DNA of 64,000 nt from Bryobacterales bacterium (lineage in GTDB: Bacteria; Acidobacteriota; Terriglobia; Bryobacterales; JACQDG01), in contig DASREK010000015.1 in assembly GCA_035652135.1 (NCBI GenBank), positions 14,846 to 78,845 on the forward strand, in the 5' to 3' direction. Below, in pieces: positions 1 through 9,630 of this stretch (position 1 is its first letter; the number at the start of each line of letters is the position of its first letter). A model generated the notes under the pieces. The model saw only the letters and a program-made list of their open reading frames with translations, was not told the origin of the DNA and searched no databases. Position numbers and translations under genes: made by a program.

Positions 1-1084
1 TCAAGTTATGAAACACGCCCTCGGCCGGCATATGAATGTCGCAAACCTCGGGCAATTGCAAGCGCATCAGCGGGAGGAAGATGCGCTCAATCGCGTTGCC
101 CATGTAGAAATCTTCCATCGGCGGGGGACCGACGATAGTGGTTGCGTAGATCGGCTTCTTGCGGCGCGTCACGCAAGTCACATGAAAAACCGGGTAATCG
201 TCTTCGAGGGAATAAAAGCCGGTGTGGTCTCCGAACGGGCCTTCCGTGCGCAGCTCACCGAGATTTACGTAGCCTTCGAGGACAATTTCGGCGTTGGCGG
301 GCACTTCCAGATCAATGGTCTCGCAGGGCGTCATTTCCACAGGCTCGGAGCGTAAAAAACCGGCGAAGAGCATCTCATCGAGGTCGGGAGGCAGCGGCAG
401 CACGGCCGAAAACATCGTCGCCGGGTCGGAGCCAACGGCCGCCGCCACCGGCATCCGGGCGCCCGCCTCCTTCTGGATATTTTTGAGCGACCGGCGGTAA
501 TGCTCCGCGCCCTGCTTGTGCGTTTGCCAGTGCATGCCCGCCGTGCGGTCATCGTAAATCTGCATCCGGTACATGCCGCAATTCCGCTTGCCGGTATCGG
601 GGTTGCGGGAGAAGACCAGCGGCATGGTGATAAAACGGCCGCCGTCCTTGGGCCAGCATTGGAGCACGGGAAAGTCCAACAGCGAAAATTTCTCGCGTTG
701 GATGACCTCCTTCACCGGGCCGCCACGCACGGTTCGAGGAAAGAAGGATCCCATTTCGGCCAGTTTCGGCAGCATTTTGATTTTGCCGAGAACGCCCTGC
801 GGCGCTTTCATCGCAAGATACTCCGAGATACGCCCGGCCACATCCTCGATGGAATCGACTTCGAGCGCGAGCTCCATGCGCCGCTGGCTGCCCAGCAGAT
901 TGATGGCGACAGGAATGTCGTATCCCTTCGGCCGCTCAAACAGAAGCGCGGGACCGCCTTTCTTCACTGCCCGGTCGGCGATCTCGGTGATCTCCAGAAT
1001 CGGATCGACCTCCTCGCTGACACGCTTCAGTTCGCCCTGTTTGTGCAATGCGCGGAGAAAATCGCGGAGGTCTTGGTAGGCCAA
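1..1084 (-). CDS. UbiD-family (de)carboxylase, N-terminal ~360 aa; the C-terminus lies beyond the left window edge
   Basis: Absent from the ORF track because it runs off the edge and uses a TTG start. My reverse-strand translation from 1084 reads (TTG)AYQDLRDFLRALHKQGELKRVSEEVDPILEITEIADR...GGRFITMPLVFSRNPDTGKRNCGMYRMQIYD...EGPFGDHTGFYS, a typical UbiD N-terminus and core. The + strand ORFs 8..355, 500..1258 and 573..1079 are antisense shadows. Confidence 0.85.
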   Translation of the reverse strand, partial: MAYQDLRDFLRALHKQGELKRVSEEVDPILEITEIADRAVKKGGPALLFERPKGYDIPVAINLLGSQRRMELALEVDSIEDVAGRISEYLAMKAPQGVLGKIKMLPKLAEMGSFFPRTVRGGPVKEVIQREKFSLLDFPVLQCWPKDGGRFITMPLVFSRNPDTGKRNCGMYRMQIYDDRTAGMHWQTHKQGAEHYRRSLKNIQKEAGARMPVAAAVGSDPATMFSAVLPLPPDLDEMLFAGFLRSEPVEMTPCETIDLEVPANAEIVLEGYVNLGELRTEGPFGDHTGFYSLEDDYPVFHVTCVTRRKKPIYATTIVGPPPMEDFYMGNAIERIFLPLMRLQLPEVCDIHMPAEGVFHNL

Positions 1085-1086
1085 AG

Positions 1087-1695
1087 TTATTCCTCGATCT
1101 CCAGGTCCTTAAACTTGACGGTCATGTTGGGGGAATGCATTTGCAGGCCGATGGCCCCGCGCCGCGAACGGTTATTGGCGGTCTCGGCCACTTTTTCGCC
1201 GTTCAGCATTACCTCGATCCGTGGGCCCTTGCATGTGATCAAAAATTCGTTCCATTGACCGGATTTGATTTTGCCGTCCCGAGCGGGAGCGAGATCATAT
1301 ATGCTTCCCGTGGGATTCTTTTCATGCGGCACATCAAGTATTTGAATCTCGTACCCCAGATGTGCGGGGGTTCGCGCGCCGCGGGCGTGGGAGGGATCGC
1401 GGATCGCCACACCGCTGTTGCCGCCGGGCGTGATCCAGAACTTCAGGCGCAGCCGGAAATCGGAATACTCCCGGCGCGTCACAAGCCACCCCGTGCCCGG
1501 GTTTGCAGGGTCCGAGGAGCCCACAATCATTTTCTCCTCGACCCTCCAAACGGCTTTGCCAACCTGCTCCCACCCGCTGAGGTCTTTGCCATTGAAGAGC
1601 GGCTTCCAGGCGGCGGCCGCGCTGGCGCTGAACGCGAGCATCAAGACGAACAAGAGGCTCGGCGGGCGCGAAAAAGCCGCTGTACGCACGGTCAT
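1087..1695 (-). CDS. Secreted DUF1080 (3-keto-disaccharide hydrolase-like, lectin fold) protein
   Basis: Signal peptide MTVRTAAFSRPPSLLFVLMLAFSASAAAA, then KPLFNGKDLSGWE...GAIGLQMH...VKFKDLEIEE, the DUF1080 pattern. The stop is 2 nt from the ubiD-like TTG start. Confidence 0.85.
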   Translation of the reverse strand: MTVRTAAFSRPPSLLFVLMLAFSASAAAAWKPLFNGKDLSGWEQVGKAVWRVEEKMIVGSSDPANPGTGWLVTRREYSDFRLRLKFWITPGGNSGVAIRDPSHARGARTPAHLGYEIQILDVPHEKNPTGSIYDLAPARDGKIKSGQWNEFLITCKGPRIEVMLNGEKVAETANNRSRRGAIGLQMHSPNMTVKFKDLEIEE

Positions 1696-1724
1696 AGACT
1701 CGTTTGTACTATACTTTTTTACTC

Positions 1725-2660
1725 ATGTCCAAAACCGCTTTTCTCTTTCCCGGGCAGGGATCACAGACGCCGGGGATGGGCCGCGAACTGGCCGAACGCT
1801 TTCCCAGCGCGCGCGAAGTTTTCGAACGGGCCGACGCTGCATTGGGGTTCAAGATTTCGCAGTTGTGCTTCGAGGGTCCCGAGGAAGCGCTCAGGCTGAC
1901 TGCCAACACCCAGCCGGCAATTCTCACCTGCTCGATCGCCGCCTGGGCGGTCCTGCGCGAGCATGGGGTCGCAGGGGACTACGTTGCCGGCCACAGCCTC
2001 GGCGAGTATTCAGCCCTCGTGGCCGCCGGCTCGCTCGCGCTGGAGGATGCCGTGAAGCTGGTACGGCGCAGAGGCCAATACATGCAGGAAGCGACCCCGG
2101 AAGGCGTCGGCGCGATGGCGGCGCTTTTGGGTTTGCCTAATGGCGCTCTCGCCGGCATCTGCGCGGAAGCCGCAGGCGGCGAGATTGTGAGCCCGGCAAA
2201 TCTTAATTCACCGGACCAGGTCGTGATTGCGGGCCACAAAGGAGCCGTAGAACGCGCCGTGCTGCTCGCCCACAGAGCCGGCGCCAAGCGCGCCGTCATG
2301 CTGCCGGTGAGCGCCCCTTTTCACTGCCGGTTGATGGAGCCGGCGCAACAGCGCCTGGCCGCCGATCTGGCGGCTATCCCGTTCCGGGACCTACAAATGC
2401 CGCTGGTGAATAACTGTGCCGCGCGGGAGATTAGCACCGGCGATGAAGCCCGCCAGGGTTTGATTGACCAGGTTCCAAACCCCGTGCGTTGGGAGGAGAC
2501 CATTCGCTATATGGCCGCCCGGGGCGTCTCCCGGTTCATTGAAGTGGGCCCGGGACGCGTGCTTTGCGGATTGCTGCGCAGCATCGACCGCTCGCTGAAA
2601 GGCTTTAATGTAGAAGACGTGAAAGGTCTGGAGAAGCTTCTGGCAGCCGAGTACGTATGA
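1725..2660 (+). CDS. fabD: Malonyl-CoA:ACP transacylase
   Basis: ORF 1704..2660 with the start moved to ATG 1725 (MSKTAFLFPGQGSQ). The active-site motif GHSLGEYSAL is present. Confidence 0.92.
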   Translation: MSKTAFLFPGQGSQTPGMGRELAERFPSAREVFERADAALGFKISQLCFEGPEEALRLTANTQPAILTCSIAAWAVLREHGVAGDYVAGHSLGEYSALVAAGSLALEDAVKLVRRRGQYMQEATPEGVGAMAALLGLPNGALAGICAEAAGGEIVSPANLNSPDQVVIAGHKGAVERAVLLAHRAGAKRAVMLPVSAPFHCRLMEPAQQRLAADLAAIPFRDLQMPLVNNCAAREISTGDEARQGLIDQVPNPVRWEETIRYMAARGVSRFIEVGPGRVLCGLLRSIDRSLKGFNVEDVKGLEKLLAAEYV

Positions 2661-2725
2661 ATACTCCTAAATACCGCGGCCGCGGCCATATTCCGATCTG
2701 ATTTGCGTCCAACTGCTTTACCGTT

Positions 2726-3460
2726 ATGCAAAATCGAGTAGCGTTTATCACCGGAGCCAGCCAGGGGATCGGCCGGGCCTGCGCGCTCGCGCTGGCGCGC
2801 CGGGGAGCGCGGGTCATCGCGGCTGCCCGCCAGCAGGACAAGCTGGAGCAAGTGGTTACGGAGATCTGCAACGCCGGAGGCCGTGCAGCGGCGGTCCCCC
2901 TGGACGTCACCTCTGGGGAATCGGTCGCTTCCGCTTTCCGGCAAGCGGAAGCGCTGTTCGGTAGAATTGAAATTCTGGTCAACAACGCCGGGGTTACGCG
3001 CGATGGCCTCGTGATGCGAATGAAACGCGAGAATTGGGACGCGGTGTTGAACACCAATTTGACCGGCTCCTTTCTGTGTATCCAGCAAGTGCTCCCCGGG
3101 ATGGTGCGGGCGCGGTGGGGGCGCATCATCAACATCAGCTCCGTGGTGGGCGAAACAGGGAACCCGGGCCAGGCCAACTATGTCGCGGCCAAGGCCGGAT
3201 TGATCGGTCTCACCAAGGCCGTCGCCCAGGAGGTTGCTTCGCGCGGGATTACGGTCAACGCTGTCGCACCCGGCTTCATCGACACGGCCATGACCGCCGC
3301 GCTCGAGCCGGCGGCTCGCGAGCGCCTTTTGCCGCTGATTCCTCTCGGCCGCATGGGTACGGATATGGATGTTGCGCACGCCGTCTGTTTTCTCGCCAGC
3401 GACGAGGCCGGATATATAACGGGCCACGTGCTCGACGTAAACGGCGGATTGCGGATGTAA
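2726..3460 (+). CDS. fabG: 3-oxoacyl-ACP reductase (classical SDR)
   Basis: ITGASQGIGRA cofactor site, NNAG, and catalytic YxxxK as NYVAAKAG. It lies directly downstream of fabD. Confidence 0.9.
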   Translation: MQNRVAFITGASQGIGRACALALARRGARVIAAARQQDKLEQVVTEICNAGGRAAAVPLDVTSGESVASAFRQAEALFGRIEILVNNAGVTRDGLVMRMKRENWDAVLNTNLTGSFLCIQQVLPGMVRARWGRIINISSVVGETGNPGQANYVAAKAGLIGLTKAVAQEVASRGITVNAVAPGFIDTAMTAALEPAARERLLPLIPLGRMGTDMDVAHAVCFLASDEAGYITGHVLDVNGGLRM

Positions 3461-3511
3461 AGGTCAACGCAGGGCCGCCCCGGCGCGCCTCTGCGGGCAG
3501 TCGTTTTTATC

Positions 3512-4729
3512 ATGAAGCGCTCCGGATGCGCCGATTTGCCCCTCCACGGAGGCCGCGTGCCGGCATGGCTCGCCGGGCGCATGACGAAACTCGGCGCGGC
3601 CATCGCCGAGAGCGTGCTCTACGATTACGGCCCCTCAGCCTTGCTCTCCCGCCTCAGCGACCCGTTCTGGTTCCAGGCTCTGGGGTGCGTGATGGGCATG
3701 GACTGGCACTCCTCCGGCATCACTACTTCTGTGCTCGGCGCGCTCAAACGCGGCCTGAATCCACGCTCCCGGGAGCTCGGCATTACGATCTGCGGAGGCC
3801 GTGGAAGGCATTCCCGAAACACCCCGGCGGAATTGCGGGCAGTAGCGGAGCATACGGGTCTCGACGGAGACGCGCTGGTGCGAGCCAGCCGGCTCACCGC
3901 CCGGATCGACAACAACGCAATTGCGGACGGCTTCCAAATCTATCTGCACGCATTTGTAGTGACCCGTACGGGCGAATGGGCCGTGGTGCAACAAGGCATG
4001 AATGAACGGTCGGGGCTGGCGCGCCGCTATCACTGGCATTCCACCGGAGTCCGGGATTTCACAGAGGAGCCGCACACCGCGATTGTCGGCGGCGCCATTC
4101 AGAACCGCATCATGAACCTTGTCGATCGGGAGGCGAAAGCGGCGCAAAACGCCTTGCTGGCGATCGTCCGCGAACGCCCCGAAGTCACGATCGCAGAGGC
4201 CCGGAAGCTGTGTGCGCCGAAGCATCACGATGTGCGGGCGGAAGACGTCGATCTGAAACGGCTGGGCGCCGTCCTGGCGGCCGCCTATGAGCAGGAGTTT
4301 CGGGATTTCGCTTCGTTTCTGCTGTTGGAAAACCTCGGCCCGCGCACGCTACAGGCGCTGGCGCTGATCGCGGAAGTTGTGCACGGAACGCCGAGCCGTT
4401 TCGAGGACCCCGCCCGATACTCGTTCGCCCTGGGAGGCAAAGACGGCCATCCATTTCCTGTGCCGCTTGGAACGTACGATGAGTCGATCGCCGTACTGCG
4501 CCGCTCGCTGGACGCTGCCAAGCTCGGCCATACCGAAAAGCTTGCCGGCTTCGCCCGGCTCGACCGGTTCGTTCGCATGGTTGAAGAGAACCGCTCTCCA
4601 CAGGCTCAATTTGAGGCGCTGATTGCCCATGAACAGGCGATTTCTCCCCGGCTTGGCGGTAGAAGCGTTTCCCATGGCCCGAAAATCACCGCCCCCACCG
4701 CCGCACCGAAACAATTGCGGCTGTTCTAA
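3512..4729 (+). CDS. DUF763 family protein (function unknown)
   Basis: ADLPLHGGRVPAWL...LSDPFWFQALGCVMGMDWHSSGITTSVLGALK matches the DUF763 N-terminal signature as I remember it. Confidence 0.7.
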   Translation: MKRSGCADLPLHGGRVPAWLAGRMTKLGAAIAESVLYDYGPSALLSRLSDPFWFQALGCVMGMDWHSSGITTSVLGALKRGLNPRSRELGITICGGRGRHSRNTPAELRAVAEHTGLDGDALVRASRLTARIDNNAIADGFQIYLHAFVVTRTGEWAVVQQGMNERSGLARRYHWHSTGVRDFTEEPHTAIVGGAIQNRIMNLVDREAKAAQNALLAIVRERPEVTIAEARKLCAPKHHDVRAEDVDLKRLGAVLAAAYEQEFRDFASFLLLENLGPRTLQALALIAEVVHGTPSRFEDPARYSFALGGKDGHPFPVPLGTYDESIAVLRRSLDAAKLGHTEKLAGFARLDRFVRMVEENRSPQAQFEALIAHEQAISPRLGGRSVSHGPKITAPTAAPKQLRLF

Positions 4730-4900
4730 GGCAATGCATTCGAGCCAACTCCTTGCACTGCGCTGCCAGAGCGGGGCTGCTGCCGGCGCGGCGGCCGGCC
4801 ACGCCGTGCGTCAGAAATCGCGGCAGCCGAGGGGCATTTTCCGTATCCAGACCCGCGCGCGCAGCTCAGGCGGGACGCAATTGCCGGTCCCCATCGGCGT

Positions 4901-6013
4901 ATGAAAAAGAAGCTTCTCACTGTGCTGGCTTTCACAGGCGGAATCTTCCTGGCTCTGGAGGCCGGCGCGCGGATCTTTTCCAGCGACGGCCGCGCGGGCA
5001 TTCTTTCCCAGCACCCGGGGCTTGCGATGTACGCGGGCATTGAGCGGCCCGAAGAAGTCTTCTCGCTGTTGAATCCGGGCTGCCTCGAGTGGTCGCCTTA
5101 TCAGCACTGGGTCGTGAGGCCCAATCTTCGCTCACGCTTTTATCGCACCAACGCATTGGGCTTGCGCGGCCTGGAAACGGCCATGGAAAAACCGGATGGG
5201 CGGTTTCGCATCGTCGTTCTCGGGGGATCGGCGGCCTGGGGGCTGGGATCCACAGCGGACGAGCGGTCCCTGCCCGGCCGCCTGGAGGCGCACCTGCGCG
5301 AGCGGAATCCGTCGCGCGAACTCGAGGTGATTAACGCCGGCCAGCCCGGCTACACTTCCGGTCAAGAACTGATTTATTTTCATCGCCTCATTTCGCGGAT
5401 GAACCCCGATCTGGTCCTCCTGTTCGACGGGTACAACGATATCGATGCTGACCTGCACAACAGCCAACCCGGCTGGCCCGAAAACGCAAACATCCTCCGG
5501 GCGCGCTACGATGCATCCTTCAGCAAAACCCGACTCAGCCAAGAGTTCCTTGACCTGCTGCGACGCAGCCGATTTCTTCACCTGGCGAGCCAAAAATTGG
5601 GCGCCTTTTCCCCGGCGGGGGAAGCCCCCGGAGAGACCCTCTTTGCGCCGGAGGTCACGGCGATGAACTATGTTCATAACGTCAAGGCTCTGGCGCGGCT
5701 CGCTTCGCCCGCCCCTGTGTGGGTGGCGCTACAGCCGGTGCTCGCCACGGTCCGCAAGCCGCTCGCCCCGGAGGAGCGTGAAATTCTCGCGGCGAAAGAA
5801 AAAATAATCCCTGATTACACGGAGCGTGTGAGGCGGACGTACCAAGGCATAGAAGAACAGGTGCGGGCGGCGGCCATCCCGTTCCTCGACCTGAATGCGG
5901 CGTTAGGGGAGCAGCCCAGGTTGCTGTTTGCGGATGAATGCCACTTCGGCGACGAAGCCGCCGACGACCTGGCCCGCCGGATCGCCGCCGCCTGCGAACG
6001 GCTGATCCAGTAG
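4901..6013 (+). CDS. Membrane-anchored SGNH/GDSL-type hydrolase
   Basis: N-terminal anchor MKKKLLTVLAFTGGIFLALEAG, a block-I-like VVLGGSAAWG, DGYND, and a C-terminal DECH (DxxH) block. Confidence 0.7.
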   Translation: MKKKLLTVLAFTGGIFLALEAGARIFSSDGRAGILSQHPGLAMYAGIERPEEVFSLLNPGCLEWSPYQHWVVRPNLRSRFYRTNALGLRGLETAMEKPDGRFRIVVLGGSAAWGLGSTADERSLPGRLEAHLRERNPSRELEVINAGQPGYTSGQELIYFHRLISRMNPDLVLLFDGYNDIDADLHNSQPGWPENANILRARYDASFSKTRLSQEFLDLLRRSRFLHLASQKLGAFSPAGEAPGETLFAPEVTAMNYVHNVKALARLASPAPVWVALQPVLATVRKPLAPEEREILAAKEKIIPDYTERVRRTYQGIEEQVRAAAIPFLDLNAALGEQPRLLFADECHFGDEAADDLARRIAAACERLIQ

Positions 6014-6107
6014 CGCCGCGCCCGGCGACCGGCTGCGGGACGGGCGAACGCGGAACGCTGCGCAGCGCGGCGGAAGCAAAAATTTCGTGAGAATCCCCTA
6101 ACGAACC

Positions 6108-6401
6108 GTGGAATTGTGGATAATTGACCCCGGAGGAGGGCTTTGTGAAGCGCACGTGCTGCTGTTCGCGACGGCATGGGCCGCGCCTGCCAGCTCGGGC
6201 GCAATCAATACGCTGACCCCGCAGGAATCCGCCCAAGACTGGAAACTTCTTTGGGATAAGAAAACACTCGACGGCTGGAAGATCAACAACGGAAAGAACG
6301 TGCTGGATGCGCATCATTCCGCGTTCCAGAGAGGAGCCATCGGCTTGCAGCACACCGGCCAGAAAATTGAGTTTCGCAATATAAAGATCAGGCCGCTGTA
6401 A
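6108..6401 (+). pseudogene. Decayed, internally deleted copy of the DUF1080 gene at 6575..7240
   Basis: It shares AP(A/G)SGA(I/V)NTLTPQE..WKLLWD.KTL.GWK with the neighbour and then jumps straight to VLDAHHSAF..GAIGLQ.TGQ..EFRNIKI.PL, so about 125 codons of the beta-sandwich core are missing. The paralog-like start (GTG 6145, MKR-type, after GGAGGAGGG) is out of frame and reaches a stop after 23 codons. Confidence 0.55.
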
Positions 6402-6574
6402 GATCAGGGTCCATTGGCCGGGGACGCCTGCTGCGGGTGCGGCAAGCCGCACTCCCGGCGCTTGCGGCCGCAGCGGCGGTTGGTCTATCCTTTGATCCGG
6501 CCGCGAATGGTTGATGCGGCGGCCAACAGCGGGCTAAATCAAATGATGCAGGAACGCGTAAATCGACCTGGAGG

Positions 6575-7240
6575 GTGGGTATGAAACGAGCATACTTATT
6601 GACTGTGGCGGCAGCGGCGGCGTTGGCTGCGGCCGCCCTATTTGCCGCGCCGGCGGGATCCGGCGCCGTGAACACATTGACTCCACAAGAAGCTTCCAGC
6701 GGCTGGAAACTTCTCTGGGACGGCAAAACCCTGAATGGCTGGAAGCAGTATGGCGGCGCCCAATGGAAGGTCGAGAACGGAGCGCTGACGCCTTCCGGCC
6801 GTTATGGATGGCTGGGGACCGAAGGCGACTACGACAACTTCATGCTCAAGGTCGATTTCCGCACCTCGGCTTCGAACCTGAACAGCGGAATTTTTCTGCG
6901 GCGGGGCCGCGATGAGAAGGATTCTCACCAAATCGGCTACGAGCTGCAAATCCGCGATCCGCAGCCCAATGACAAGCCCTATGACGGGAAACCGGACAAC
7001 CACAACGGCTATTACACGGGCAGCTTCTCGGGCCATCTCAAGAGCCACAACGAGCCCAAAATCGTGCTCAACGAGTGGCACACCTTTGAAGTGACCGCGC
7101 AGGGCGACCATTTCGTGGTGCTCTATGACGGCGCGAAAGTACTGGACGCCCATCATTCGGCGTTTAAAAACGGAGCCATCGGACTGCAATACACCGGCCA
7201 GAACGTCGAGTTCCGCAACATCAAGATCAAACCTCTCTAA
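6575..7240 (+). CDS. Secreted DUF1080 (3-keto-disaccharide hydrolase-like) protein
   Basis: RBS GGAGGG upstream and signal peptide MKRAYLLTVAAAAALAAAALFAAPA. The body carries LWDGKTLNGWKQ...GYELQI...GAIGLQYTGQNVEFRNIKIKPL. Confidence 0.88.
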   Translation: MGMKRAYLLTVAAAAALAAAALFAAPAGSGAVNTLTPQEASSGWKLLWDGKTLNGWKQYGGAQWKVENGALTPSGRYGWLGTEGDYDNFMLKVDFRTSASNLNSGIFLRRGRDEKDSHQIGYELQIRDPQPNDKPYDGKPDNHNGYYTGSFSGHLKSHNEPKIVLNEWHTFEVTAQGDHFVVLYDGAKVLDAHHSAFKNGAIGLQYTGQNVEFRNIKIKPL

Positions 7241-7256
7241 GCCGAAGAGGCCCGGT

Positions 7257-7289
7257 GGTCCAGCCGGCACGGCCCGGCTGGACCATTTT
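7257..7289 (+). terminator. Rho-independent terminator candidate after the DUF1080 gene
   Basis: An 11-bp perfect stem, GGTCCAGCCGG (7257-7267) pairing with CCGGCTGGACC (7274-7284), has a 6-nt loop and is followed by ATTTT. It starts about 16 nt after the stop codon. Confidence 0.65.
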
Positions 7290-7494
7290 CCGCACAGTCA
7301 GTTTTCAGCGGCCAGAGGTCGGGCCTGTCTTGTTTGGCCAAATGCCATGGCGGGCGCCAGCCTGCAAAGCGGTTCTCTCCCAGGCGGCTTGAAACGCTAC
7401 CAGCGCTGCACAGCAAACAGCTCGCCCACGGCCCTGAGCCGCATCGCGTATGATAGCGAGAGGGTGCGGGAATCGCGTCCTGGCGCAACCACTT

Positions 7495-8304
7495 ATGGCG
7501 GACCAAACAAGTCGCCCTACCGCTGCCGACCACGCGCTGATTGACTTCCATCGCATATCCGTGATGCGTGGTGAGAAGATCGTGCTCGACGATCTCACGT
7601 TCCGGGTGGACATCGGCGAACATGTGGCGATCCTAGGTCCCAACGGCTGCGGCAAGAGCACTCTCATCAAGACCATCACGCGGGAATGCTATCCGCTCCA
7701 GCGCGAGGGATCCCGCATGAGTATTTTCGGTAAAGAAACTTGGAACGTTTTTGACCTGCGTTCACTGCTGGGGATTGTTTCGAATGACCTGATGTCGCAA
7801 TGTACCCGCGACATTACAGGCCGCGATATCGTCCTTTCGGGCTTTTTCAGCAGCATCGGGGTCTGGCCCCATCACCAGGTTTCCGCCGCGATGCGCGAAA
7901 AGGCGGACGAGGTTCTTGAGATTCTCGAGGCCCCGCATCTTGCGGGCCGCCCAGTCAATGAAATGTCCAGCGGCGAAGCCCGGCGCATCTTGATCGCACG
8001 CGCGCTGGTCCACGATCCGCGAGCGCTGGTGCTCGACGAACCGAGTAACAGCCTGGACGTTTGCGCGCAGCACGAGCTGCGGCAGGTCATGCGGAAACTC
8101 GCGCAATCGGGCATCGCCATTCTGCTCGTTACCCACCATCTTGCCGACATCATTCCGGAGATCGACCGCATCCTTTTGATGCGCGAGGGGCGCATCGTTG
8201 CCGACCGCCCCAAGGACCGGATCCTCAAGGCAGAGTGCCTCAGCGATTTGTTCGGGGTCCCCGTCGAACTTGGCCGCCGGGATGGGTATTACCACCTGTG
8301 GTGA
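7495..8304 (+). CDS. Orphan ABC-transporter ATP-binding protein with no adjacent permease (ModF-like guess)
   Basis: Walker A GPNGCGKST, signature variant MSSGEARR, Walker B LVLDEP. The ORF begins at 7450, but ATG 7495 (MADQTS...) is the more plausible start. Confidence 0.85.
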   Translation: MADQTSRPTAADHALIDFHRISVMRGEKIVLDDLTFRVDIGEHVAILGPNGCGKSTLIKTITRECYPLQREGSRMSIFGKETWNVFDLRSLLGIVSNDLMSQCTRDITGRDIVLSGFFSSIGVWPHHQVSAAMREKADEVLEILEAPHLAGRPVNEMSSGEARRILIARALVHDPRALVLDEPSNSLDVCAQHELRQVMRKLAQSGIAILLVTHHLADIIPEIDRILLMREGRIVADRPKDRILKAECLSDLFGVPVELGRRDGYYHLW

Positions 8305-8430
8305 GATCGGCTGCGCCGCCCCCTTGACGGCTGTTCGGCAAGGATAGACCGCGTGCCCCGCACCTGACGTCGAGGCCAAGTCGGGTTTGCGCTGGCGCAA
8401 TATTGCCCGGCCATTTCTGCCCCAGCGCGT

Positions 8431-9450
8431 TTACTTACGGCTGATGATCACCTGCTCTGGAGACCTTTCGAGCGAACGAATTTCGCTGTGCCGGAATCCA
8501 GCCGCGCGAAACATCTCTTCAAATTCGGAAAAAGTGTAAGCGTCTCCGGTCGGCGTTGTGGCGAGCATAATCAGGCTGAACGACGCCGGTATCGCAGGCG
8601 AAACCCGATCTTCGTTGGGTACGAATTCCAGGGTAACGGCAATGCCGCCTTCGTTCAGCGACCGGTGCACCTTGCGCAGCAGATTTTCGATCGTGGGCGG
8701 GTCAAAGTGGTGCAGAAAATTGGTCAGCAGCGCTACGTCGTAGCCGGAGCCGAAATCGACATCAAAAGCGCTGCCAGGTAAAGTCCGGTAGCGCGAAGCT
8801 ACGCCGGCCCTTTCTGCATTTTCCTTCGCAACTTCGAGAACGCTCCCCCAATCCACGGCTGCGACTTCGGCGTTCGGGTTCCGCCGGGCGATAGTGATGC
8901 CAAATATTCCGTGGCCGGCGGCGATGTCCAGGACCGTGCATTTCCGGCCGGCATCGGCCCCGATAAGTCCGGCAATCTCCTCGGCTGCGGGCGCCATCAG
9001 CGGGACCATGCTGCGGGCGAATTCCACCCATACCGCGTTCTCAGGACCGATGGTTCCATCAGGGCTCATGGCTGTTCCCCCATTGCGCACGGCGGCCGCC
9101 AGATCCTGAAAGGCGTTGATCAGATCCGGAGAATTAAGGAACCTGACAGCGCTCGCCATGCACGCTGGCGAATTTCGGTCGAGGAAAAGGGCTGAGTCTT
9201 GCGTCAAACTATACCGCCCGCGATCTTTGCTCAGCAGGCCGGCGATCACCAAGTAATCGCACAGAATCCGCACGCCGCGCTCGGAGGCGCGGCAGCGCTC
9301 GGCTAAGGCCTTCGGCGTGGCCGCTCCTTCGCCGATGCCCGTGAACATGTCAAGCTCAATGGCCGCCCTCAACGCCGCCGTCTTCTGGTACGCATTGAAG
9401 GTCTCAAAAATCAGCGCCGGCGTCGGCGCGGCTGCTGGGGAACCTTGCAT
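8431..9450 (-). CDS. Class I SAM-dependent O-methyltransferase (dimerisation domain plus Methyltransf_2 type)
   Basis: SAM motif [12 protein letters not shown], with a winged-helix/dimerisation-like N-terminus. The start is set to ATG 9450, which is preceded by AGGAGG (rc of 9458-9463). The ORF-track start at 9528 adds an implausible leader. Confidence 0.8.
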   Translation of the reverse strand: MQGSPAAAPTPALIFETFNAYQKTAALRAAIELDMFTGIGEGAATPKALAERCRASERGVRILCDYLVIAGLLSKDRGRYSLTQDSALFLDRNSPACMASAVRFLNSPDLINAFQDLAAAVRNGGTAMSPDGTIGPENAVWVEFARSMVPLMAPAAEEIAGLIGADAGRKCTVLDIAAGHGIFGITIARRNPNAEVAAVDWGSVLEVAKENAERAGVASRYRTLPGSAFDVDFGSGYDVALLTNFLHHFDPPTIENLLRKVHRSLNEGGIAVTLEFVPNEDRVSPAIPASFSLIMLATTPTGDAYTFSEFEEMFRAAGFRHSEIRSLERSPEQVIISRK

Positions 9451-9630
9451 CGCTGATATTCCTCCTGTGCTATTTTGCGGCCCTAGGCCGCCGAAAAGAT
9501 AAGCCCTTCGAGTGGCCAGCCGATCCACCCCGCGTAAGCGCCAAACCTACGGCCCGTTTCCGGCCGGCAATTTCATCCCTCTTTTAAATTCTCCCGCAAG
9601 GAAGCGCCGAGCGCCTCAATATCGGCGCCT

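Noticed and set aside
500-1899. Long + strand ORFs (500..1258, 573..1079, 1048..1899, 1418..2140) over the ubiD-like and DUF1080 genes.
   Set aside because: They are antisense or out of frame to genes with clear family signatures. Their products are Arg/Gly/Pro-rich with no motifs, which is typical of shadow ORFs in GC-rich DNA.
1725-3460. fabD-fabG is not followed by acpP-fabF; a DUF763 gene follows instead.
   Set aside because: Split fab clusters are common outside Proteobacteria and Firmicutes, so this is not unusual enough to report as a finding.
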